A program made the position numbers and the translations under genes. 64,000 nt of DNA from Patescibacteria group bacterium. GTDB lineage: Bacteria > Patescibacteriota > Minisyncoccia > Phycocordibacterales > UBA918. The notes under the pieces were generated by a model, which did no database searches, was not told the DNA's origin, and saw only the letters and a program-made list of their open reading frames with translations. This document shows, in pieces, positions 47,444-56,439 of the stretch. Numbering within the stretch: position 1 is the first letter of the stretch; every line of letters begins with the position of its first letter. The stretch is from positions 176,219 through 240,218 of the forward strand of contig JAZKFU010000008.1 in NCBI GenBank assembly GCA_040386275.1, given 5' to 3'.

Positions 47444-50161
47444 TTATGGCTGTGGCTCTGGTACTTCTATCGTTTTACGGCCGATGAAGTTTAATCCAAA
47501 TAACATAAGTATTAACCCAATCGCCATAGTTGATACCCCGAGGATGACATTAATCGCCGCGCTCGAGAACAACCGTGAGTCATCACCCGTAGTAATCGTA
47601 GCTGGTGAATCAACAACTATGCCATCAAACGCTTCTGCTCGCTTTACGAAGGCAAAACGTGCACTTTTAGCGACAATTTTCCCGGCATTGTCAGTCACAC
47701 CTATATAGACCTCATGTTCCCCATCCTCGAGTTCTTTATCAAGTCGATAGTTCCAACTACCATCACTGTCAGTTTTTATCGTCACAATAATCGGCGTACT
47801 ATAAATATAGAGCGTAATGAAACTGTTAGGTAAGGCGTAGCCTGATAGTAACGCGGCAGCGACGGGTTTTGTGCCGGTGGCTACAATGCCGCCTGTATCT
47901 GCTGCGGTGATGGATTTAACCTTAAGGATATCTTCACGGACCACCCCAGTTTCTTTTGGTGATTCGTAGGCAATAAGTACTTCAGGAGTCGCGTCAAGTG
48001 GATCGTACCCACTTTGAATTTCTACACCATCAAGAAATCCGTCATTGTCGGAGTCAGCCACAAAGGGATTGGTACGGTACAAACGAACTTCGTCGTAGTC
48101 AGAAATTAAGTCTTTATCAAAGTCTTCAGACGCTTTTTGTTTCGTGCGTTCGGTAATCAGTGTATTGGTGCGCTCGACGTTTTCTTTGGTACGGGCAATC
48201 ATGCTGTCGAGATAGGTTGCAATATCATTTTGTTCACCTTTTGTATCATCGGTTACTGAACCTTTAAGAGCAGTAATTGTTTCAGTAATTTTAGCAATTG
48301 CTTCTGTATCTTCCATACGTAATGAAACCGACAGCTTATCAAGCTCAAGCGCTAGTTGTTTTTCAATATCGTCATCAATACTGACAGGTGGTTGTGGGGG
48401 TGGTGTTATAAGTGTAGTTGGAGCGACAGCAGTTCGCGGTACTGGAACAGCAGTGGAAGTGGTAGCGACCGTGGACGAAGGGGTACTAGCAATGGTTTTG
48501 ATTGGTTCCAGTGCAATAGACTTGAGGGTTTCGATTTGTGTCGTCTCGATTGGTGTTGGAGCCACCGTCACAATGTTTTTGAAAATTACGCCAGCTCGCA
48601 CAAAATCATATTCACCAAAACTATTTTGTACTACCGCTTTTAGCGCGTATTCTCCATCAGGAAAGATGCTGGTGTCCATACGGTAAATCCAGGTGGCGGG
48701 ACCACTTTTAATAGCGGTCCCGAGCGGACTAAAGCGAAGTGCATTTTTGGGCTGGATTGATAAAACAACACTATTAGCACCAGCTACCTCAATCGAAAGT
48801 CCAACCACACCTTTTAGCGGTGTCGGTGCGAGGACATTAATTTTTACCGGTGGCTTGAGTTCAGTTATAACGGTAGTGGTTGCAACAATGGGATTAAGTA
48901 CGGCTGTGCTACTCGCTAATGTTGTGGTGGTAGTCGCGGTAGTCGGAGCAGCAATTTTATTAACCGTTGCAAACAAACCAGAAACCGAATCGGTATCTCG
49001 ATTGGCTACTGCCCTAATACGATAGGCTCCTAATGGTAGTGACCCTGAATTCCAGGTTCGTCGCCAATTGCCCGTGGCAACCAACTCAGCGTTACCGATG
49101 GGGTACGTTCTATTGGTAGCAGTGTGAATTGCTTCGAGCGCTACAGAATCAGCATTTTCAGTTCTTACGTATAAAATAAACGAATCAACTGATTGCGTTA
49201 CATTAGGCACGACCGAAATAATTCGAATACCCGACACTACGGTTGTGCTTGCTGTTGGTGTGAGGTTATTTGGGTTTACAATTGTGCTGGTAGTTGAAGC
49301 GATTGTGTTACTAACGGTAGTAGTTACGGGCGTAGTCGCTAATTTAGTAATACGGTTGGGAGACACATGATCATATCCACCATAGTAATTAGTAACAACT
49401 ACACGTACGCGATAGGTACCAGCGTCCAGCACCCGAGTATCAAACGGATGCGTCCAGGTGGTGTCTGAAGTTTTATTCATTGAAAGGTATGAGGTAGCAA
49501 CTAGTCCATCGTCAGCTCGAATGAGCTGCATTCTCACTTGTTGCGCATAGGGTACGGTTACATTCACTGGAACGGTGCCTTCAAGATTTTCGGTATTACC
49601 TTCCACATTTACTACCGGGATAGGTCTACGATCTACTAAGTTGGCACATTGGGTGTTGGTGTAATTATCAAGCAACGTACAATCAACGAGCGGCAGAAGG
49701 TCAGTCGTCGAACTCGCCAGTTGAGTTAACTGGGCGGTTTGTGTCAGCGTGTTTAATCCACCTTGGGCACTAAAAAGCGAAAACCAAATTCCAAAACAGG
49801 CAATCAGCACACCTACCCCACGCGAAACCAAACTCATGGTGGTGGCTGTTTTCTCGGATAGTTGAAACTGTGGTATCTGTCGCAATAATACAAAACTTGG
49901 TGGCGGCGGTAGACGAAGGGGCGTCCGGTTACGAAACGATACTACCGTAGGCACTTCAGTCTCAATAAAGACCAGTTGTTTTTTAGTGTGGGTTTTGGGT
50001 ACGGTTACGGTTACCTTTTTTACTGCCTTTACCCTGACTTTTTTAATTTTTGGTAGGGCTGGTTCTGGAGAAACAAGTTTTTTAACCACGCGTTTAGGCG
50101 TTTTTGGTACCTCCTTAGCTTGAGCCAGCTTTTTACTCACCGTCATAGTGTCAGTATACAT
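47444..50161 (-). CDS. large surface protein (Lys-rich N-terminus, TM, Thr-rich Ig-like repeats, TSP3-like Ca-binding motif, C-terminal TM)
   Basis: 905 aa; DSDNDGFLDGVE Ca-binding-like motif; T/V-rich beta-rich repeats; TM near residue 110 and a second TM close to the C-terminus. Confidence 0.5.
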   Translation of the reverse strand: MYTDTMTVSKKLAQAKEVPKTPKRVVKKLVSPEPALPKIKKVRVKAVKKVTVTVPKTHTKKQLVFIETEVPTVVSFRNRTPLRLPPPPSFVLLRQIPQFQLSEKTATTMSLVSRGVGVLIACFGIWFSLFSAQGGLNTLTQTAQLTQLASSTTDLLPLVDCTLLDNYTNTQCANLVDRRPIPVVNVEGNTENLEGTVPVNVTVPYAQQVRMQLIRADDGLVATSYLSMNKTSDTTWTHPFDTRVLDAGTYRVRVVVTNYYGGYDHVSPNRITKLATTPVTTTVSNTIASTTSTIVNPNNLTPTASTTVVSGIRIISVVPNVTQSVDSFILYVRTENADSVALEAIHTATNRTYPIGNAELVATGNWRRTWNSGSLPLGAYRIRAVANRDTDSVSGLFATVNKIAAPTTATTTTTLASSTAVLNPIVATTTVITELKPPVKINVLAPTPLKGVVGLSIEVAGANSVVLSIQPKNALRFSPLGTAIKSGPATWIYRMDTSIFPDGEYALKAVVQNSFGEYDFVRAGVIFKNIVTVAPTPIETTQIETLKSIALEPIKTIASTPSSTVATTSTAVPVPRTAVAPTTLITPPPQPPVSIDDDIEKQLALELDKLSVSLRMEDTEAIAKITETITALKGSVTDDTKGEQNDIATYLDSMIARTKENVERTNTLITERTKQKASEDFDKDLISDYDEVRLYRTNPFVADSDNDGFLDGVEIQSGYDPLDATPEVLIAYESPKETGVVREDILKVKSITAADTGGIVATGTKPVAAALLSGYALPNSFITLYIYSTPIIVTIKTDSDGSWNYRLDKELEDGEHEVYIGVTDNAGKIVAKSARFAFVKRAEAFDGIVVDSPATITTGDDSRLFSSAAINVILGVSTMAIGLILMLFGLNFIGRKTIEVPEPQP

Positions 50162-50198
50162 CCCCGCCTGTCGGTAAAGGTGCTTATTTCAACACACT

Positions 50199-50621
50199 TT
50201 ACTTGGCAGTACTTTTGGCGAGTCGGCGTACTTCAGCGATTAATTCATTTAAATCAGTCATCGCTTTGATGCGGTAGGCGCTAGCACCGAGCTCAATGGC
50301 TTTTGATCGTTCATTATCGCCACTTTTATTAGAAAATATTATCACGGGTGTAGCCTTCACCTGTTCATCGGCTTTTAACTCAGCCAATACCTCAAACCCA
50401 TCTTTACCTGGTAGCATCAAGTCAAGTACAATAACTTGCGGGTCAAATTGTTTTGCTAAATCGAGAGCTTGTAATCCATCATTACTAAACATGTGCGGGC
50501 AATGACTATTAGAGAGCTTTACGGAAAGCATATTACGAAGTAGTGGATCATCTTCAACCACCAGTACGCGCACCACTGCTACGTCTTCAAATACTGGTGT
50601 CAAGGGTGCATAGATAGCCAT
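50199..50621 (-). CDS. receiver-only response regulator
   Basis: VLVVEDDPLLRN...VIVLDLMLPGKDG; no output domain. Confidence 0.75.
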   Translation of the reverse strand: MAIYAPLTPVFEDVAVVRVLVVEDDPLLRNMLSVKLSNSHCPHMFSNDGLQALDLAKQFDPQVIVLDLMLPGKDGFEVLAELKADEQVKATPVIIFSNKSGDNERSKAIELGASAYRIKAMTDLNELIAEVRRLAKSTAK

Positions 50622-50627
50622 AAAATA

Positions 50628-51053
50628 TTAGGTAAGGTTATTAGTAGTAGTAGACAGCGCTTCAACGATTTTAGCTATTACTTCATCCGGTGCAAAATTG
50701 GCTTTGATAATATAATCTCGAATCCCTAGTTTTTGGATTCTTTCAATTTCAATAGATTGACCAGAATTTGATATTACGATTACGGGTAATTGTGGCGTTA
50801 TCTGTTTACTGGCTAACACGTCGAGAATTTGATACCCCGTTAATCCGGGTAAATGGATATCGAGCAGTAATAAATCGGGCAACGTTTTTTCGATAGACGC
50901 CAAACACTCTTCTCCGTTTACAAAATGCGCGACAATTACTCCCTGCATTTCTAATTTTTGAATAATAACACTTGCCAAAAAGGTATCGTCTTCTGCAAGG
51001 TAAATGGTTTTATTTGTCAGGGTAAATTCATGCATAGTAATATTGTATACCAA
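50628..51053 (-). CDS. receiver-only response regulator
   Basis: IYLAEDDTFLAS...LLLLDIHLPGLTG; no output domain. Confidence 0.75.
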   Translation of the reverse strand: MVYNITMHEFTLTNKTIYLAEDDTFLASVIIQKLEMQGVIVAHFVNGEECLASIEKTLPDLLLLDIHLPGLTGYQILDVLASKQITPQLPVIVISNSGQSIEIERIQKLGIRDYIIKANFAPDEVIAKIVEALSTTTNNLT

Positions 51054-51060
51054 ATACTGA

Positions 51061-51894
51061 CTATACGCTCCCGGTATGGTGCTTAAACGTTAGGGTAAAG
51101 GTGCTCCCCAGACCTTCACGGCTCTCAAATCGAACGGTACCACCAAGAGAATCCATGATTTTAGACACAATATATAAACCCAGTCCATAGCCGTCAGCAT
51201 CAACTTTTTTGGCATTTTCGGCCCGAGAAAACCGTTTGAAGATTTTATCTTCATGCGCAATCGGTATACCGATACCAGTATCTTCTACTGTGACAATAAC
51301 AGATTCATCAACTACCTTGACACGCACTGTTACGGTTCCACCGGCAAGGGTGTATTTAATGGCGTTATCAATAATATTTACAAGCACATCTTTTACTGAA
51401 GAAGCGTCGGCTAACACAATCGCAGGAGTCGGAGCAAGATCTACCAAGACACGAACGTTGTGTTCAGTGGCTTTATTGATAAATTCATCACACGACTCTT
51501 TAACGAGTACATTAATATTGATAGGCAGGGCGGGCTTGAGTTCGGTTTGTAGCTCCAAATGTTCAACTTCAAGGAGGTTATTAACGAGCTTTACTAAGCG
51601 TACAGTACTTTGCTGGGCCAACGAGACAACGTCTCGTTGCCTGGGATTAAGTTCACCCAAATCTCCATCGAGCAACATCTGTTGCGACCAACGTAAGGCC
51701 GAGAGTGGAGTTCTGATTTGGTGGGCAGCGATTGATATAAATTCTGATTTCTGGGTGTCGAGGGTTTCTAGTTTGATATTAGCCCGGCGTAACTGCAAAT
51801 CACGCTGTACTAAGAGACGGGCGCTTTTATCCATTGAATCAACAATCGCGTTTAAGCGATAGATTTCATTTTCTAATTCTTTTACCCTATCCAT
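51061..51894 (-). CDS. soluble histidine kinase (HisKA + HATPase_c)
   Basis: H-box AAHQIRTPLSALRW; G-box GYGLGLYIVSKIMDSLGG; no TM segments. Confidence 0.75.
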   Translation of the reverse strand: MDRVKELENEIYRLNAIVDSMDKSARLLVQRDLQLRRANIKLETLDTQKSEFISIAAHQIRTPLSALRWSQQMLLDGDLGELNPRQRDVVSLAQQSTVRLVKLVNNLLEVEHLELQTELKPALPININVLVKESCDEFINKATEHNVRVLVDLAPTPAIVLADASSVKDVLVNIIDNAIKYTLAGGTVTVRVKVVDESVIVTVEDTGIGIPIAHEDKIFKRFSRAENAKKVDADGYGLGLYIVSKIMDSLGGTVRFESREGLGSTFTLTFKHHTGSV

Positions 51895-51912
51895 AGATTA
51901 CACAGCACTACG

Positions 51913-53115
51913 TTATTCTCCCAAAAGCGTTATTACGACGGTTTCATTATGTAGTTGAGGAGTACATTTATTAATGGAGTATGACGTACCATTAATTGGT
52001 GCTTGTTCAGCATACGTATAGAAGCCGATGATGGGAACGTCTTTTCCAATAACTGCTTGAATGGCTTGAATTTCCTCTCGGGCAGTTTCTTTATCCGCAA
52101 ACAGCGTATTACGTACGTGGCAACTAAAAATGAAAGCTACTTTAGGGGTCGTACCTAAATTTTCCAGCGCTGAGGTTGCGGCGCGGCTCGCTGCGGCTAT
52201 CGCATCTTCTTTTGACCCCACCATTAATTGTACTTGGGAACCTTCAAGCACTTCACCACCGCAGACAATAGAACCATCCTCAGTTACAGCAAACGGAGCG
52301 CGCAAAAGAAACTCCTCACTATGTGTATCTTTAATTCCAAGCGGGTAGGACAGAGCCACTTCTCCTAACATTACTTCTCGAAGATTGGAGATTTCCTGTA
52401 CACCTAAATACCGTTCATACAACGAGACGGCGGGCTTATGATTTATTTCATGAATGGTGGTGCCAACAGACTTCGTTATGATTTGTGGTGCGCCAACTAC
52501 ATTCCAGCCATGATTCACTCCTACAGAGTATTTAAAATTCCCCGAGAACCCCACCCCCACTACGGCATCAGTTTGAACTTCAGCACCAAAAAATTGATGG
52601 GTTTCCACTAATTTTCCATTATCACCAGCTGACCCTCCAACCACCGGGAAATTCTGACCAAGAACGGAAGTAACCCCCCGCAATACCGCTGAGCCGTTCC
52701 CTTTTAATCCGTCTGCAAACATCATGACGAGTTCGGGATTATGGGCTTGGAGTTGCGTGGCGAGAGCACTTCCCGCCGAAGTTGAGTCAGCTGTCAAATT
52801 CGGAGCGATAGCAGTGGTACAGGTAAGCGTATCGGAAGCAAGCACCATAATAGCTACGGAATCCCGCATAGTAGGGCCTGCTTTAGTAATTTCTCCGGCG
52901 GTTGAAGCGCCAACCACTTTCACCATATCGCCTACGACTGAGGTTACACCTTTAAGAACAGCCGTATGATCAAATGAACTTGAAGCAAACACAAACGCAA
53001 TATGTGCAGGCATTGCACTCTGAGCCAGTAGCTCTTGCAGGGCTTGATTCACCGCATTCACTCCCGCAACAAAACTATCCGCATCAGAACTCGTTCCAAT
53101 TCCAATTGATACCAT
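51913..53115 (-). CDS. FIST domain sensory protein
   Basis: 400 aa; two-lobed FIST N/C pattern (FVFASSSFD..., VVGASTAGEI..., GFYTYAEQAPING...HNETVVITLL). Confidence 0.55.
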   Translation of the reverse strand: MVSIGIGTSSDADSFVAGVNAVNQALQELLAQSAMPAHIAFVFASSSFDHTAVLKGVTSVVGDMVKVVGASTAGEITKAGPTMRDSVAIMVLASDTLTCTTAIAPNLTADSTSAGSALATQLQAHNPELVMMFADGLKGNGSAVLRGVTSVLGQNFPVVGGSAGDNGKLVETHQFFGAEVQTDAVVGVGFSGNFKYSVGVNHGWNVVGAPQIITKSVGTTIHEINHKPAVSLYERYLGVQEISNLREVMLGEVALSYPLGIKDTHSEEFLLRAPFAVTEDGSIVCGGEVLEGSQVQLMVGSKEDAIAAASRAATSALENLGTTPKVAFIFSCHVRNTLFADKETAREEIQAIQAVIGKDVPIIGFYTYAEQAPINGTSYSINKCTPQLHNETVVITLLGE

Positions 53116-53149
53116 AGGATTATATTACTTATTAATACCGTAAGTATAG

Positions 53150-53195
53150 CAAACAAAAACCCCCGCTCTGTGAGGAATCGGGGATTTATAGGTAA
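53150..53195 (-). terminator. rho-independent terminator downstream of uvrB
   Basis: cccccgctctgtgaggaatcggggg stem; tttttgtttg on the minus strand. Confidence 0.5.
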
Positions 53196-55337
53196 TTAAA
53201 ACAACCCTTTCTTCTTCTTGACTTTGATACCCGTGGACTGTTCTTCAAAAAAAGCAATTTCATCACGAATAATAGCTGCGGTTTCAAAATCGAGAATGGC
53301 TACCGCGTCTTCCATTTGCTGACGTTTTTCTTTAAGGACTTTAGCGGGGTTACGTTTAAAGAGTTCTACGTCGACCTTAAGCAAAGTTTCTACTGTTTCG
53401 TCGTGTTCGGTGCGCATCTGATCGGTAATTGATTTAATGTCTTTGGCGATAGTAGTCGGAGTAATGCCATGTTTGGTATTATGAGCAACTTGAATCGCGC
53501 GACGACGATTAGTTTCATTTATGGCGTACGTTAACGCATCAGTCATTTCATCCGCATACAGAATCACGCGACCCAACACGTTACGAGCAGCACGACCAAT
53601 CGTTTGAATTAACGCCGTCTCACTGCGAAGGAACCCAGCCTTATCAGCATCAAGAATCGCTACTAGCTCCACTTCCGGTAGGTCAAGCCCTTCACGCAGT
53701 AAGTTTACCCCCACTAAACAATCAAACTTCCCTTTACGAAAATCAGTTAAGATTTCGATTCGTTCAATAGTTTTAATATCACTGTGAATATACTTGGTGT
53801 TTATTTTCTTCTCCGTTAAAAATTCAGCCAAGTCTTCAGCCATTTTTTTTGTTAGCGTAGTTGTAAGCACTCGACCTCCGCCCGCTATGACCCGCTCTGC
53901 TTCGGCGATAAAGTCTTTAATCTGCCCTGGGTAGTCGCCAATTTGATTTACTTTCCGTAAATCAATTTCCGGATCAATTAACCCCGTTGGGCGAATAATT
54001 TGTTCAACCACAGCACCTTTTTCAAGACAAAGATTAAGGTCAAAACCTTTAATCCACTCTGACCGAATGGATTTAACTTCCCCGGCCTTTTGCACAGGCG
54101 GACAGGCCATAGGACAACATAGTTCGTATTCTAATCGTCCTGGAGTAGCTGAGGTGTAGATTCGTTGTCCTACGCGTTCATCAAATTCAGCGTATTTAAG
54201 CGGCCGGTTATCAACGGCCGACGGTAATCGAAAGCCGAATTCAACCAGCGTGTCTTTACGACTACGATCGCCCGCATACATACCATTTAATTGCGGCAAC
54301 GTTACGTGCGACTCATCAATAATGGTGAGAAAATCTGGTTTTCCTTCAGGTGTGTGAGGGAAATATGATAACAGCGTAAACGGTGCTTCGCCGGGTTTAC
54401 GACGATCAAAGTGTCGCGAATAATTTTCAATCCCGTTACAGTAACCAATCTCACGCATCATCGCTAAGTCGTGATTGGTGCGCCGACGCAACCGCTCTGA
54501 TTCAAGCAACTTGCCTTCTTTTTTAAATTTCTTTAATTGTTCATCGAGCTCAAGTTTTATATCTTCAATGGCAACTTTCCGCTCATCTTCTGGTGTCACA
54601 AAGTGTTTGGCTGGAAATAAGAAAAAGACTTCCGGTTCCTCAATAATGGCGCGACTAACACTATCAATTTTGGTAATTGATGAAATGACATTTCCTGAAA
54701 AGCCCAGACGATAAATCATCCGTTCGTTGGTGGGCATGATTTCAATGGTATTTCCGACCGCCCGGAAATGACCAGGCAATAAATCAGCGTTGGTTCGTTC
54801 AAAGTACATATCAATCAAGATACGCAGTAACTCCATCCGCGTCGTTTCAAACCCGCGTTTAATCTGTAAATGTTTCTTTAAATATTGGGCTGGCGAACCC
54901 AATCCATAAATACATGATACTGAAGCCACAATAATCACGTCTTTTCGCGTTAACAACGCTTGGGTTGACGCGTGCCGCAATCGGTCAATCTCTTCGTTTA
55001 CCTGCGATTCCTTTTCAATAAACGTGTCTGAGGTTGGCATGTACGCCTCTGGCTGGTAGTAGTCGTAATACGACACAAAGTAATGCACGGCATTATTAGG
55101 AAAAAAGTCCCGGTATTCTTGCGCGAGCTGAGCCGCCAGGGTTTTATTGTGAGCAATAACAAGCGTCGGTTTTTGAATCTGCTGAATCACATTCGCCCCG
55201 GTAAACGTCTTTCCTGACCCAGTAACACCTAAAAGTGTCTGGTGTTTTTGCCCAGCCCGTACCCCCGCCACCAACTGTTCAATCGCCTTAGGCTGATCCC
55301 CCGCTGGTGTTTTTTCCGTAGAAATCTCAAATTGCAT
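53196..55337 (-). CDS. uvrB: excinuclease ABC subunit B
   Basis: MQFEISTEKTPAGDQPKAIEQL N-terminus, Walker A GVTGSGKT, helicase motifs, C-terminal UVR domain AAIIRDEIAFFEEQ; start at the internal Met. Confidence 0.9.
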   Translation of the reverse strand: MQFEISTEKTPAGDQPKAIEQLVAGVRAGQKHQTLLGVTGSGKTFTGANVIQQIQKPTLVIAHNKTLAAQLAQEYRDFFPNNAVHYFVSYYDYYQPEAYMPTSDTFIEKESQVNEEIDRLRHASTQALLTRKDVIIVASVSCIYGLGSPAQYLKKHLQIKRGFETTRMELLRILIDMYFERTNADLLPGHFRAVGNTIEIMPTNERMIYRLGFSGNVISSITKIDSVSRAIIEEPEVFFLFPAKHFVTPEDERKVAIEDIKLELDEQLKKFKKEGKLLESERLRRRTNHDLAMMREIGYCNGIENYSRHFDRRKPGEAPFTLLSYFPHTPEGKPDFLTIIDESHVTLPQLNGMYAGDRSRKDTLVEFGFRLPSAVDNRPLKYAEFDERVGQRIYTSATPGRLEYELCCPMACPPVQKAGEVKSIRSEWIKGFDLNLCLEKGAVVEQIIRPTGLIDPEIDLRKVNQIGDYPGQIKDFIAEAERVIAGGGRVLTTTLTKKMAEDLAEFLTEKKINTKYIHSDIKTIERIEILTDFRKGKFDCLVGVNLLREGLDLPEVELVAILDADKAGFLRSETALIQTIGRAARNVLGRVILYADEMTDALTYAINETNRRRAIQVAHNTKHGITPTTIAKDIKSITDQMRTEHDETVETLLKVDVELFKRNPAKVLKEKRQQMEDAVAILDFETAAIIRDEIAFFEEQSTGIKVKKKKGLF

Positions 55338-55401
55338 GACTATCCAGTATACCCCGCCCCCCATAATATAAAAAGCCACCCCACCCCCGCCACCATTTCA
55401 C

Positions 55402-55463
55402 ACAAGTACGAGGTTAAACCTCGTACTTGTGCACTCTAAGTCCGAGGTTTAACCTCGAACTTG
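55402..55463. repeat. REP-like palindromes (two tandem copies) upstream of the transposase gene
   Basis: acaagtacgaggtt-aa-acctcgtacttgt perfect inverted repeat at 55402-55430; degenerate copy gtccgaggtttaacctcgaacttg at 55439-55463. Confidence 0.7.
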
Positions 55464-55486
55464 TTGTATCCTTAATTTAAATATCT

Positions 55487-56080
55487 ATGGGAAATAGATT
55501 ATTTACTTTTTCAAGTAATGAAATCTACCACTGTTATAATCGCGGTGTAGATAAACGTACTATATTTGAGGACCAGCAAGATTTTATATATTTTTTAAAA
55601 CTTTTAAGAAATTTTAATACCTCAAAAGTATATGGAAATTTAAGATTATCTCTCAATAAAGAGCCCATAAATCCTCCAGTAACAATACTTACGTATTGCT
55701 TACTTCCAAATCACTTCCATATAGTAATACGTAATAATAGTGACGAGGGAGGATTATCAAAATATATTCAACGAGTTGTAGGCGGTTACACGATGTATTT
55801 TAATCAAAAACATAAAAGAAGTGGTGCTTTGTTTCAAGGAACGTTTAAAGCAAAACATATTGAAACAGATTTGTATTTACGTCATATTTTAGCCTACGTA
55901 CGGTATAACAATATTGTTCACGATGTAGAAGACAAAAATTTGTACCGGAGCTCATTAAATACAAAAGACGACTTAGTACGAGGTTTAACCACAGACCTAG
56001 GAGAAGAAAATATGTTGGAAGTAGTTAAAATTATAAAAGAAATCAGAAGTACGAGGTTAAACCTCGTACTTGAGGAGTAA
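55487..56080 (+). CDS. tnpA: IS200-like / REP-associated tyrosine transposase (HUH Y1 family)
   Basis: YHCYNRGVDKRTIFEDQQDFIYFLKLL, HUH motif LLPNHFHIVI, catalytic-Tyr region AYVRYNNIV; the C-terminal 10 codons read through the right REP. Confidence 0.75.
   Translation: MGNRLFTFSSNEIYHCYNRGVDKRTIFEDQQDFIYFLKLLRNFNTSKVYGNLRLSLNKEPINPPVTILTYCLLPNHFHIVIRNNSDEGGLSKYIQRVVGGYTMYFNQKHKRSGALFQGTFKAKHIETDLYLRHILAYVRYNNIVHDVEDKNLYRSSLNTKDDLVRGLTTDLGEENMLEVVKIIKEIRSTRLNLVLEE
56045..56075. repeat. REP-like palindrome (right flank, inside the tnpA 3' end); a partial extra copy lies at 55974-55990
   Basis: agaagtacgaggttaaacctcgtacttgagg. Confidence 0.7.
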
Positions 56081-56087
56081 ATATAAA

Positions 56088-56128
56088 AATTGACGATGGG
56101 GCGCTTATGCCCCATCGTCTTTTATTTT
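56088..56128. terminator. bidirectional terminator
   Basis: gacgatggggc-gcttat-gccccatcgtc 11-bp stem; A-run before and ttttatttt after. Confidence 0.65.
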
Positions 56129-56394
56129 GCTTTTGTCCAGCCATATGACTGCAACACTAGACTGAACCGCACTTCTTTTTCTGAAGTTGGAGCTTCTGAA
56201 CTGTGCTCCATCCGTACGTTGATGAGACCGGTAAAAGGATCTGCGATTACTCCTACCACCTTGTGCGGTAACTCATAATCGGCTTCTTTGGGAAGAATCG
56301 CGACACGTGTACCCAATTCAGGGGGAACGATGAATTTTGACGTAAGTAATAGGTCTTCACCCGCAACCGTCATACGAAGAACAACAGTGTTCAT
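56122..56394 (-). CDS. hypothetical protein (90 aa)
   Basis: ORF only. Confidence 0.35.
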   Translation of the reverse strand: MNTVVLRMTVAGEDLLLTSKFIVPPELGTRVAILPKEADYELPHKVVGVIADPFTGLINVRMEHSSEAPTSEKEVRFSLVLQSYGWTKAK

Positions 56395-56439
56395 GGAATT
56401 TCTCCTCCTACTATTTAATTCCTAAGGTACAGGAATTTG

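Larger units (their letters stand above)
55402..56075 (+). mobile_element. REP-associated tyrosine transposase unit (IS200/IS605-like tnpA flanked by REP hairpins)
   Basis: Y1 HUH transposase ORF bracketed by identical palindromes agtacgaggttaaacctcgtact on both sides. Confidence 0.65.
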
